In this document: positions 1 through 6,508 of the stretch, one piece after another
How the letters are laid out: each line of letters starts with the position of its first letter
Numbering within the stretch: the first letter of the stretch is position 1
Virus record (IMG/VR): IMGVR_UViG_3300036791_000129
Coordinates: 1 to 53,224 of that record
Reading direction: 5' to 3' (one strand)
From: a virus
Length of the DNA stretch: 53,224 nucleotides
Program-made: the position numbers and the translations under genes
Notes under the pieces: model-generated
What the model saw: only the letters and a program-made list of their open reading frames with translations
The model's database searches: none
Told to the model about the DNA's origin: nothing

Positions 1-505
1 GTTTAAGTATTCCACTATTAACTGCATCAATTAAATTTGGTCGTTTACAATCCAATATAGCAATTGCACGTTCAACAGAACGAAAACCAATATTGAATAT
101 TTCAGCCGCAGCCTTATCAGATTTTTGTTTTTTAAGATATTTACTATCGACTCGTGATAATCTAGCTGCGGACATTGCGCGTCCAGTTTCATCTAAATGC
201 CGACGATGTACATTATGCGAAATAACTAAATCTAACGCTTCTTCATCATTACCTTTAAAATCTTCATAATTCAATTCAATTTCAGGATGACTCAAATATA
301 CACGATAACGATTCCTACCTTCCAATATTTGTTGTTGATAAATAACAATTGGTATTCGCATACCATGTTGTAAAATATCATTTGCTAACTGTTGAAATTC
401 TTCACTATCTGCTGATAGTAATGGAAACACTTCAGCGTATTCATGAAATTCATAAGTATCTTTCTGATCTTTCCATGCATCCCATTTAGGATCATACACT
501 AACAC
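1..505 (-). CDS. N-terminal ParB-like nuclease domain of a ParB/MT-A70 methyltransferase fusion. The gene starts at GTG 505 and continues across the circular junction into 53097..52250.
   Basis: My translation of the minus strand from GTG 505 (GGGAGA Shine-Dalgarno 5 nt upstream) gives VLVYDPKWDAWKD...PIVIYQQQILEGRNRYRV...HNVHRRHLDETGRAMSAARL...AIAILDCKRPNLIDAV. It runs in frame into the start of the 52250..53152 ORF. ILEGRNRY matches the ParB/Srx-type (D/E)GxxR box. Confidence 0.6.
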   Translation of the reverse strand, partial: MLVYDPKWDAWKDQKDTYEFHEYAEVFPLLSADSEEFQQLANDILQHGMRIPIVIYQQQILEGRNRYRVYLSHPEIELNYEDFKGNDEEALDLVISHNVHRRHLDETGRAMSAARLSRVDSKYLKKQKSDKAAAEIFNIGFRSVERAIAILDCKRPNLIDAVNSGILK

Positions 506-528
506 GTTATTCTCCCTTTCCCAAGAGT

Positions 529-563
529 CGCGCCAGAAGCCTATACGAAAGGCTCCTGGCGCG
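529..563 (-). promoter_or_regulatory. Intergenic hairpin built from the genome-wide GCGCCAG(G/A)AG motif
   Basis: cgcgccagaagcc-tatacgaaa-ggctcctggcgcg: 13-bp stem with one mismatch and a 9-nt loop. It lies between the stop of the 671..1447 gene and the ParB-methylase start. No U-tract follows on the transcribed strand. Confidence 0.4.
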
Positions 564-592
564 TCAAGCTGAATCGTGCTGTTAGTATAATT

Positions 593-626
593 CTAAACTT
601 TTCCGCCAATTGGCGGAAAAGTTTAG
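593..626. repeat. Perfect 34-bp palindrome CTAAACTTTTCCGCCAATTGGCGGAAAAGTTTAG (copy 1 of 2)
   Basis: Self-complementary over all 34 nt. An identical copy lies at 37687..37720. Confidence 0.9.
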
Positions 627-670
627 CAAACCACTAACAACACATTCCCCACATTACAGATTCCCCGGAC

Positions 671-1447
671 CTACCCCTCCATCCCGGATTCGGCCATTTC
701 TTCGTTTTCGTCATCTTCAATGATTCGTGAAACTGTTAGGCTATCCACTGATACTTTGTAATTAGGATCAGACTCAGGCAAACTTGAATCTACCAACGCA
801 ATGTTACCTGCAATCATATCCTGGCGCACAAACATAGCGTTCGGACCATTGAAGTAAACCTTGCGCCCGCGCTTATTGGTAACAATGATATTCCGCGGAT
901 AATCCAGATTATACAAGTACTGTGCGGTTGACATACCATCACTATAGCAATGTTCCCAATTATGCCAACCTAACGTTGCTTCACGCTTTGGATTCTTAGG
1001 CTTTGCTACCAACAATTTGATTTTGTATTTTTCATCGGACCAGATGGGATGATTCGTGGGCCGCCGCACATAATTAGGTTTAACTGGAGTCGTCACTACT
1101 AAATCTGATTCGTTAGCTTCCCATACTTCAGGATCAATACGAATAGATTTCAACAAACCATGTTCTTCGTCATAGTCACATTCCACTAATTCTTTATCTA
1201 CAAGATGAAGTTTAGCGAATGGCAATACTGCTTTGCGAACTTCACTAGGTAATGCTGAATACGCTATTGATTCACCTAATGGCGCAAGATTCTTGATGGT
1301 ATGCGCCATTTCAATTTCGGCAGGATTGAAGCGGGCGCGCTTTTTGCGCTTCCGCTTAGTGGTTTCTTCCTCATTGGTTGTAGCTTCATCAACTGGTGCG
1401 GAATCAGTAGCTTCCGCATTGTCCGGCATAGTTTGCACATCCGACAA
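671..1447 (-). CDS. Hypothetical protein (258 aa) with an acidic N-terminus followed by a KRKRKKRAR basic patch
   Basis: Long ORF with protein-like composition, the last gene before the large non-coding region. I recognised no family motif. Confidence 0.6.
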   Translation of the reverse strand: MSDVQTMPDNAEATDSAPVDEATTNEEETTKRKRKKRARFNPAEIEMAHTIKNLAPLGESIAYSALPSEVRKAVLPFAKLHLVDKELVECDYDEEHGLLKSIRIDPEVWEANESDLVVTTPVKPNYVRRPTNHPIWSDEKYKIKLLVAKPKNPKREATLGWHNWEHCYSDGMSTAQYLYNLDYPRNIIVTNKRGRKVYFNGPNAMFVRQDMIAGNIALVDSSLPESDPNYKVSVDSLTVSRIIEDDENEEMAESGMEG

Positions 1448-2588
1448 TTTTATTCCCCTTTCACAACTAATATTATTGCGCGATTTCGCGCGCCAGTAGC
1501 GTGCGCTTCTGGCGGTTGAATCGCAACTAGAATCTGCGCCTCACATGCACTTTTCATTTGACCGCCCTAGTTGCTTGGCGCACGCTATTGGCCAAGGGGA
1601 AAGCACATGTTGCACGATACTAGTTGAATCGCGCCAGTAGCGCACACCTTGCATAGTTATTGACGCCTTAACCTTGTGCATTGCTTGCAATGCGCCAGGG
1701 TTTAGTTGCGTCTAGTCAACTTCATCCTGGCGGCTGCCAGGATCGTAGGTGTGCGCCACTTTATATAGTTACGTTGTTATGTAACGCTGAATAGGCGTTA
1801 CGTAGTAACGTGATTATGTAAAGCTTACTCTTGGCGCGCCAGGAAGTAGGTCAGTTTCGCTGTCCTATTCCTGGTGCTAAATAATGAGACTAACCCGCTA
1901 GGCAGTTATGCCCTAGCGGGCCGTCCTGGCCCGTGACTGGTCCCCTGGCCCTATATACGGGCCAGGGTGCAGCTTAGGCCCGCTGTAAGCCCGTCCTAGG
2001 CCCGTTCCGGGCCATCCTGGCATCGTGACTCCCCTGTTGCCTGACCCACTAGCCCAGCACAACCACGGTGCTAGTCAAGTCAACCGTGGTCACATGCTCG
2101 CGAGCCAGGGGCCAACCATAGGTTGTAGAAAAATATCTTGCACACCTACCCAGGGTAGGCTATGGTTCCATTTACTACGTTGACTACACGAAATGATCTT
2201 TGACATTCGAATCTGACCAGGGAAGCAATCACGCGATGGTTGCCACTCTGCTGTTTGGTGCCGGTCTGCAAGTAGCCTTGCCATGTTGGGATGCGTTCCT
2301 CTTGTGCAATTAGATGATGCGAAAGCGATTGGATAGCCTGACAGCTTATGCGCGCCACACTGGCGCGCCCAATGGGCCGCACAAGCGGTCTTGCTTCGCG
2401 ATTTGGTTCCTTGGTTGGCATTCACACTCATTGAAGCTTTGAATCTGGTTTGCATCGGTAGAGCGTAGCGCAAGCTACATACTCGCCGATGATTCCGTTG
2501 TTTCCTTTCAATCTAGGGATTCGCGCTCATAGTAGGCTTGACCCGAACTGGCGCGATGTAATGCAACTAGTATGTTAACAACATACTA
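1448..2588. other. Gene-free divergent control region: candidate origin, operator array or structured RNA
   Basis: No credible ORF; the 2090..2473 and 2146..2421 ORFs have non-protein-like composition. Perfect hairpins lie at 1894..1920, 1918..1932, 1943..1967, 2062..2090, 2114..2167, 2350..2368 and 2568..2588. The 60-nt lines starting at 1921, 1981 and 2041 count 68%, 67% and 58% G+C, in a visibly AT-richer genome. Confidence 0.6.
1975..2020. repeat. Four tandem degenerate 11-12-bp units: taggcccgctg / taagcccgtcc / taggcccgttcc / gggccatcctgg
   Basis: Read directly from the sequence. The period is about one helical turn. A related tggcccgtgac lies at 1927. Confidence 0.6.
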
Positions 2589-2619
2589 ACTGTGACAAGT
2601 CAGTACCAATGCAGAGTTA
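2589..2619 (+). promoter_or_regulatory. Early promoter-like element 1: hairpin actg-TGACAAGT-cagt plus a GAGTTA box
   Basis: Member of a six-copy family. The loop hexamer TGACAA resembles -35 TTGACA. The box lies 15 nt downstream, and the ATG at 2648 follows 28 nt after the box. Confidence 0.5.
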
Positions 2620-2647
2620 AACCTTAATGAAACAAGGAAACTTAAAC

Positions 2648-2821
2648 ATGCGCAAATCACTGATGAAAATGCACGCGCAACTTGAAACCATGTTGTCGCG
2701 CGCACAGGAACTTACTGACAGCGAGAATGAAGATACTGCTAGCAAATACGATGATGTGGCAGGAGAACTTGATACAGCATTAGATGCTATCACTAATGCA
2801 ATGGATATTCTGAACGACTAA
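2648..2821 (+). CDS. Small acidic helical early protein (57 aa)
   Basis: The ORF track starts at 2627. I prefer ATG 2648 because caAGGAAActtaaacATG matches the leader of the other early genes. The protein is rich in D/E. Confidence 0.55.
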   Translation: MRKSLMKMHAQLETMLSRAQELTDSENEDTASKYDDVAGELDTALDAITNAMDILND

Positions 2822-2832
2822 ATGCAGAGTGG

Positions 2833-2852
2833 CGCGCCAGAAGCCTGGCGCG
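2833..2852 (+). terminator. GC-rich hairpin cgcgccag-aagc-ctggcgcg after the first early gene
   Basis: 8-bp perfect stem, followed only by TT, so the U-tract is weak. Confidence 0.4.
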
Positions 2853-2876
2853 TTAATGCACCCAACATAATGTTGG

Positions 2877-2909
2877 CCAGTCACAAGTCTGGATATTGTG
2901 CATTAGTCA
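2877..2909 (+). promoter_or_regulatory. Early promoter-like element 2: hairpin ccag-TCACAAGT-ctgg plus a TAGTCA box
   Basis: 17-nt spacer between the loop hexamer and the box. Enclosed by the inverted repeat TTAATGCAC (2853..2861) / GTGCATTA (2898..2905). Confidence 0.5.
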
Positions 2910-2936
2910 AACCTAGTAAATGAATGGAAATTGAAA

Positions 2937-3632
2937 ATGTTAAGCAACGGAAACAATGGCGTTCTGGTTACTCTGTGTAAGCAGAATCCGGCCGAAATCA
3001 TTCGCAGTGGTGGTATTATCATGCCATCGCCGCGCGTCAATCGCCAGCGCGTAGAGACAATGATCAAATACATTGTTTGTTGTACCGAAGCGCATGGCAA
3101 TGCATTCCTAATCGGAACGGTTGACAAGGTGATTTGGGTTAATGATGAATGCGTAATCAAAATCAACAGTTACGCAAGCATCAACCGCTTACAGGTTTGG
3201 GCTGATGTGGGCACCAAGATTGGCTTTGCCTACTTACAAAGCCCGAGTCAGATTCACATGCATGTTGGTCGTTTGAAGTTCACCAACATCAATGGGAATG
3301 GCAAGTATGGCGATTCCAATAGCTATACTGACGATTATCTGGCCAAGCGTGAGGCGGAAAATTCAACTGCCAAAGCGCAAGCTTCGGTAATCGAGCCCAC
3401 AGAAACCAAGAAAAGCGCCATTGTAGTTTACCCAAAGCCTAAGCAGGAACTTGTTTCACATGTTGACCGCATCGCCACTTTGCGTAAGCAGCTTGCGGAA
3501 CTGGAATCCAATCGCAACGCGATTGCGAAGGAACTAATCGCAAAGTTACATGATCGCGTGACTCAAATGGACGATACTCAAGTTGAGCGCGTGATTGCGT
3601 TTTGCGAAAGGATGCTTGACGAAACCGCCTAA
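2937..3632 (+). CDS. Hypothetical early protein (about 231 aa) with a C-terminal coiled-coil-like segment
   Basis: ORF track 2931..3632 (TTG start). ATG 2937 lies 27 nt after the promoter-like box. Confidence 0.6.
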   Translation: MLSNGNNGVLVTLCKQNPAEIIRSGGIIMPSPRVNRQRVETMIKYIVCCTEAHGNAFLIGTVDKVIWVNDECVIKINSYASINRLQVWADVGTKIGFAYLQSPSQIHMHVGRLKFTNINGNGKYGDSNSYTDDYLAKREAENSTAKAQASVIEPTETKKSAIVVYPKPKQELVSHVDRIATLRKQLAELESNRNAIAKELIAKLHDRVTQMDDTQVERVIAFCERMLDETA

Positions 3633-3643
3633 TTGCAGAAGGG

Positions 3644-3671
3644 AACGCGCGCAATAATATGCGCGCGTTTT
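3644..3671 (+). terminator. Rho-independent terminator aacgcgcgc-aataatat-gcgcgcgtt followed by TTTT
   Basis: 9-bp GC-rich stem followed by a T-run. It lies immediately after the stop at 3632. Confidence 0.7.
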
Positions 3672-3694
3672 AATGCATCATTGCACAAGCGATG

Positions 3695-3727
3695 GCCGTC
3701 CTAAATCGGCATGTTATGCATTAGCTA
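3695..3727 (+). promoter_or_regulatory. Early promoter-like element 3: hairpin gccg-TCCTAAAT-cggc plus a TAGCTA box
   Basis: 17-nt spacer. The outer inverted repeat TAATGCAT (3671..3678) / ATGCATTA (3716..3723) carries a compensatory C:G to T:A change relative to copies 2 and 5. Confidence 0.5.
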
Positions 3728-3756
3728 ACCTAGTGAAGCAAAGGAAAATTGAAACA

Positions 3757-4011
3757 ATGGCACATCCTGAAAACTGGAGTCATATGACTACAGTGGAGAA
3801 ACGCGAGAATGCTAAGAAGCTTTTCAATTCTCCACGCGGTCATTTGATCATTGGTCAAGCTTTGGCGCGTGCAATCCTAATCATGCGTACCGCGGAACAT
3901 CCTGAACGTTCCAACATCGAAGATATGGAATGTTTGGGCATGTTGTTTGAACCGTGGTTTACGATTCACATGAAGCCGATTCCGCCAAACTTGACGAAAG
4001 TGAAGGGATAA
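3757..4011 (+). CDS. Hypothetical early protein (84 aa)
   Basis: The track ORF starts at 3673, but 3673..3756 is the conserved terminator/promoter cassette. aaAGGAAAattgaaacaATG at 3757 fits the early-gene leader. Confidence 0.55.
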   Translation: MAHPENWSHMTTVEKRENAKKLFNSPRGHLIIGQALARAILIMRTAEHPERSNIEDMECLGMLFEPWFTIHMKPIPPNLTKVKG

Positions 4012-4014
4012 CAA

Positions 4015-4221
4015 ATGGCATACGTTTCGCCGAATGCTAAAAGCAAGAAGCAACTCAAAGATTGGCTTGCAGCGGGTAAGTCAATTGAAGTGTTTCAACC
4101 GGGAATGGGAACCATTCCCCTTACTGGCAAGGTTTACCTTGAAGGCCCGCACTATCCTGCGCCACATACTTGGTACGCAGAAGGGATGATGCAGGATGGT
4201 AAACTGGTCAAGGTGAAATAG
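4015..4221 (+). CDS. Hypothetical early protein (68 aa), GPHYPAPHTWYAEG motif
   Basis: ORF tightly packed behind the previous gene (3-nt gap). Confidence 0.6.
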   Translation: MAYVSPNAKSKKQLKDWLAAGKSIEVFQPGMGTIPLTGKVYLEGPHYPAPHTWYAEGMMQDGKLVKVK

Positions 4222-4223
4222 CC

Positions 4224-4493
4224 ATGCTCAAGTTTGACCGCAGTGAGTTCCGCAATGTTGCGCGTGCGATACTAGCGCACAACAAATATGCGAAAGGTGA
4301 TACGATAGACAATATCGTAAGCAGAATGGAAAGCCTAGCCCATTACTATGATCCTAACGCGCCGCATAGTGGGCAGGGGAATGCATGGCATAGCTTTGTT
4401 GCAACTTACGGATTCCTCTTGCTAGGCTATATTGATCAAGAAGGGAATCATTGCATTAAAGCTGCTGTGAGTGACCACTTGTTCGCAATATGA
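4224..4493 (+). CDS. Hypothetical early protein (89 aa)
   Basis: ORF 2 nt after the previous stop, followed by a terminator. Confidence 0.6.
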   Translation: MLKFDRSEFRNVARAILAHNKYAKGDTIDNIVSRMESLAHYYDPNAPHSGQGNAWHSFVATYGFLLLGYIDQEGNHCIKAAVSDHLFAI

Positions 4494-4500
4494 CTACCAA

Positions 4501-4530
4501 GCTTCTGGCCCGTGCAAGCGGGCCAGAAGC
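4501..4530 (+). terminator. Hairpin gcttctggcccg-tgcaag-cgggccagaagc
   Basis: 12-bp perfect stem directly after the stop at 4493, followed by acgTTTaa. Confidence 0.55.
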
Positions 4531-4549
4531 ACGTTTAATGTGGCCAATG

Positions 4550-4583
4550 CCCGTGACAAGCCGGGATGCAAAACACAGAGTCA
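4550..4583 (+). promoter_or_regulatory. Early promoter-like element 4: hairpin cccg-TGACAAGC-cggg plus a GAGTCA box
   Basis: 18-nt spacer. ATG 4614 lies 30 nt after the box. Confidence 0.5.
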
Positions 4584-4613
4584 AACGTGCAACTAATACT
4601 AACAGGAAACAAC

Positions 4614-4850
4614 ATGACGCAAAAAGATTACGTTGTGATTTCACAAGCAATCAAAAACGTTTTGCTTGCGTATCCTAGCAATGAACGAGTCGCAGCGAAA
4701 ATAGCTTTCGCCATTGCTAACGCAATGAAGCGTGACAATCCAAACTTTCGATATGGATTGTTTATGAAAGCTTGCGGCATCAGAATTGATGCCGATGCTC
4801 CGCCAGTTAGCCCGGCAATGGGCGCGTTCAGTGTGATAAAGGAAAGCTAA
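4614..4850 (+). CDS. Hypothetical early protein (78 aa)
   Basis: The track ORF starts at 4566, inside the promoter cassette. acAGGAAAcaacATG at 4614 fits the shared leader. Confidence 0.55.
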   Translation: MTQKDYVVISQAIKNVLLAYPSNERVAAKIAFAIANAMKRDNPNFRYGLFMKACGIRIDADAPPVSPAMGAFSVIKES

Positions 4851-4851
4851 C

Positions 4852-5070
4852 ATGACAGAAGTGTTCTGGATTGGCGATCCACCAGACCAGTGCAACATTT
4901 GTGGTAGTGAAATAACTACCACTTTTGTTGATGGGCGCACGCGCGCGCATGGTTCATGGGCGTGCATGTGCCTTGCCTGTCACCAAGGCTATGGCGTTGG
5001 TCTCGGTACTGGTAATGGTCAAGTGTTCACTAAGCAAGATGATGGCCAGTGGTTAAAAGTAGAAGGTTAA
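4852..5070 (+). CDS. Small Cys-rich (zinc-ribbon-like) early protein (72 aa)
   Basis: CNICG...CMCLAC gives two Cys pairs. The start is adjacent to the previous stop. Confidence 0.6.
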   Translation: MTEVFWIGDPPDQCNICGSEITTTFVDGRTRAHGSWACMCLACHQGYGVGLGTGNGQVFTKQDDGQWLKVEG

Positions 5071-5093
5071 CTAACAAACGGAATGCAGAAGGG

Positions 5094-5121
5094 AACGCGC
5101 GCCAGTAATGGCGCGCGTTTT
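5094..5121 (+). terminator. Rho-independent terminator aacgcgcgcc-agtaat-ggcgcgcgtt followed by TTTT
   Basis: 10-bp GC stem plus a T-run. It is a paralogue of the 3644 terminator and shares the upstream AATGCAGAAGGGA. Confidence 0.7.
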
Positions 5122-5139
5122 AATGCACTGGCATTGCCA

Positions 5140-5174
5140 GCGAGTCCTAAGTCTCGCATGTTGTGCATTAACTA
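5140..5174 (+). promoter_or_regulatory. Early promoter-like element 5: hairpin gcgag-TCCTAAGT-ctcgc plus a TAACTA box
   Basis: 18-nt spacer. Outer inverted repeat TTAATGCAC (5120..5128) / GTGCATTAA (5163..5171). Confidence 0.5.
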
Positions 5175-5202
5175 ACCCTAGTAAATGAAAGTGAAAAGTA
5201 AA

Positions 5203-5577
5203 ATGAATCTCTCGCTTGATGGTGTCACTATTGTTCTGAGTGACACAATGCTGGATCAATTAGCCGAAGTGGTAAAGCGCAAGCTTTGTCTTGATGCTTT
5301 TGAAGCCAAGGTAACTGCTGATATCGAGGATATTGAATCCAGGCTTGATGGCAGTGATTTGGAATCCAAAACTGAGGAACTTGATTCTAAAGTTGATGAT
5401 TTTGAATCCAAAGTTGAGGAACTTGATTCTAAAGTTGATGATTTTGAATCCAAACTTGATGATTTGGAATCCAAAATCAATGCTGCGGAATCCAGCACAG
5501 ATGGCGTGCGCAAGCTAGTGCGCGCGTTGCGTAATGCTTTGACGGTTTATGAAGATAATCAAATCGAAACGGAATAA
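5203..5577 (+). CDS. Highly acidic tandem-repeat coiled-coil early protein (about 124 aa)
   Basis: The track starts at 5185; ATG 5203 lies 28 nt after the box. It contains ESK(T/V)EELDSKVDDF repeats. Confidence 0.6.
   Translation: MNLSLDGVTIVLSDTMLDQLAEVVKRKLCLDAFEAKVTADIEDIESRLDGSDLESKTEELDSKVDDFESKVEELDSKVDDFESKLDDLESKINAAESSTDGVRKLVRALRNALTVYEDNQIETE
5362..5445 (+). repeat. Two 42-bp tandem repeats with degenerate flanking copies, inside the acidic early gene
   Basis: gaatccaaa(ac/gt)tgaggaacttgattctaaagttgatgatttt at 5362..5403 and 5404..5445. Confidence 0.85.
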
Positions 5578-5584
5578 CTACTAC

Positions 5585-5616
5585 ACTCCTGGCGCTTGCG
5601 CGCCAGGAGTATTTTT
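5585..5616 (+). terminator. Rho-independent terminator actcctggcgc-ttgc-gcgccaggagt followed by ATTTTT
   Basis: 11-bp perfect stem made of both orientations of the over-represented motif, followed by a T-run. It lies directly after the stop at 5577. Confidence 0.75.
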
Positions 5617-5634
5617 GCTTTTAAACAGCCTATG

Positions 5635-5667
5635 TCCGTGACAAGCCGGAATGAAAAATGTGAGTCA
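5635..5667 (+). promoter_or_regulatory. Early promoter-like element 6: hairpin tccg-TGACAAGC-cgga plus a GAGTCA box
   Basis: 17-nt spacer. The stem differs from element 4 by a compensatory pair (C:G to T:A). Confidence 0.5.
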
Positions 5668-5703
5668 AAAGCAAACCTAAATTGACAAGGAAAGTGAAAC
5701 AAC

Positions 5704-5937
5704 ATGATAAAGCCAAAAGCCTCGCATGGTGACTATGAAGGAATGCATCCATTCAAAAATGGCCATGGCCATTTTGAAGTGTTCTGGATTAGTAACAATA
5801 CTGAAGGCTTTGAAAGTTGCGAGCCAGGATGGTACTGGTGGACTTGCGAGCCAGGATGCTTGCCTGACTCCGAGCCTAACGGACCATTCAACACTAGCTA
5901 CATGGCATGGCGCGATGCGAAAGGGTTAGACCAATGA
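5704..5937 (+). CDS. Hypothetical early protein (77 aa), GWYWWTCEPGCLPD motif
   Basis: ORF with an aAGGAAAgtgaaacaacATG leader. Confidence 0.6.
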   Translation: MIKPKASHGDYEGMHPFKNGHGHFEVFWISNNTEGFESCEPGWYWWTCEPGCLPDSEPNGPFNTSYMAWRDAKGLDQ

Positions 5938-6161
5938 CTCGGCATTATAAATATCAAGTGCAAGTTAGAGATGGCAACAACTCTAAAGTTACACTTGATG
6001 GCGTTGTCGAGTGTGAATTTGTCAACGTTTTTGATCGCGTTATATCCGAAACGTTTGGCATTTTGACTCATGGTGAAGCTTTGTATGGACACCCTGGACA
6101 TGGTTGCGTTGGTCCATATAAAGTGATTCGCGTTCTTATAACCAGTGTAGGCTCGCAATGA
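5934..6161 (+). CDS. Hypothetical early protein (75 aa)
   Basis: The track starts at 5907. ATG 5934 forms an ATGA overlap with the previous stop, suggesting translational coupling. Confidence 0.5.
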   Translation: MTRHYKYQVQVRDGNNSKVTLDGVVECEFVNVFDRVISETFGILTHGEALYGHPGHGCVGPYKVIRVLITSVGSQ

Positions 6162-6421
6162 AACATCATCAAGTATTGTGGTTAGCAATTGCTGTCATAG
6201 TGGCGTTGCTACTAATTGGTATGGTTACGGCGCACAGTGAAACCACATGCAAGCGCGATAGCTTTGGTGTGGTGCATTGCACCGCGCCAGAAGCTAACGG
6301 AACTATCCAGCGTGATAGTTTCGGAACCACGCATGAAACCTGGCAAGATAATCGTGACAACGTTCAACATTGCACTAGCTACGTTGACAGTTTCCACACT
6401 CTGCATCGCCAGTGTAACTAA
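6158..6421 (+). CDS. Small secreted or membrane-anchored protein (87 aa)
   Basis: Hydrophobic N-terminus LWLAIAVIVALLLIGMV, an internal RDSFG..H duplication and four Cys. ATGA overlap with the previous gene. Confidence 0.55.
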   Translation: MKHHQVLWLAIAVIVALLLIGMVTAHSETTCKRDSFGVVHCTAPEANGTIQRDSFGTTHETWQDNRDNVQHCTSYVDSFHTLHRQCN

Positions 6422-6508
6422 CGCAACACTTACGAAATGAACGCCAAGGGAAACTTTGGCGATTCATTTCGCCAGCGTTGTGCTGGATACTGAAAGGAAA
6501 ATGAAACA

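Noticed and set aside
1-127. The terminal 127-bp direct repeat could be a biological direct terminal repeat.
   Set aside because: It cuts through the middle of an intact reading frame, and its length matches a typical assembler k-mer. A circular-assembly overlap is the simpler explanation. It cannot be fully excluded without reads.
2200-2225. TTCGAATC, resembling a tRNA T-loop.
   Set aside because: The flanking bases do not form a 5-bp T-stem on either strand, and no acceptor or anticodon arms are apparent.
2090-2473. The 127-aa and 91-aa minus-strand ORFs inside the large intergenic region.
   Set aside because: Their composition (R/S/C/W/H/Q-rich, no hydrophobic core pattern), the lack of a ribosome-binding site and their overlap with dense hairpins argue they are chance ORFs in GC-rich non-coding DNA.
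2568-5703. The repeated hairpins in the early region could be a CRISPR-like array.
   Set aside because: The repeats are not identical or regularly spaced, the units between them are protein-coding genes, and each sits in a terminator-promoter context.
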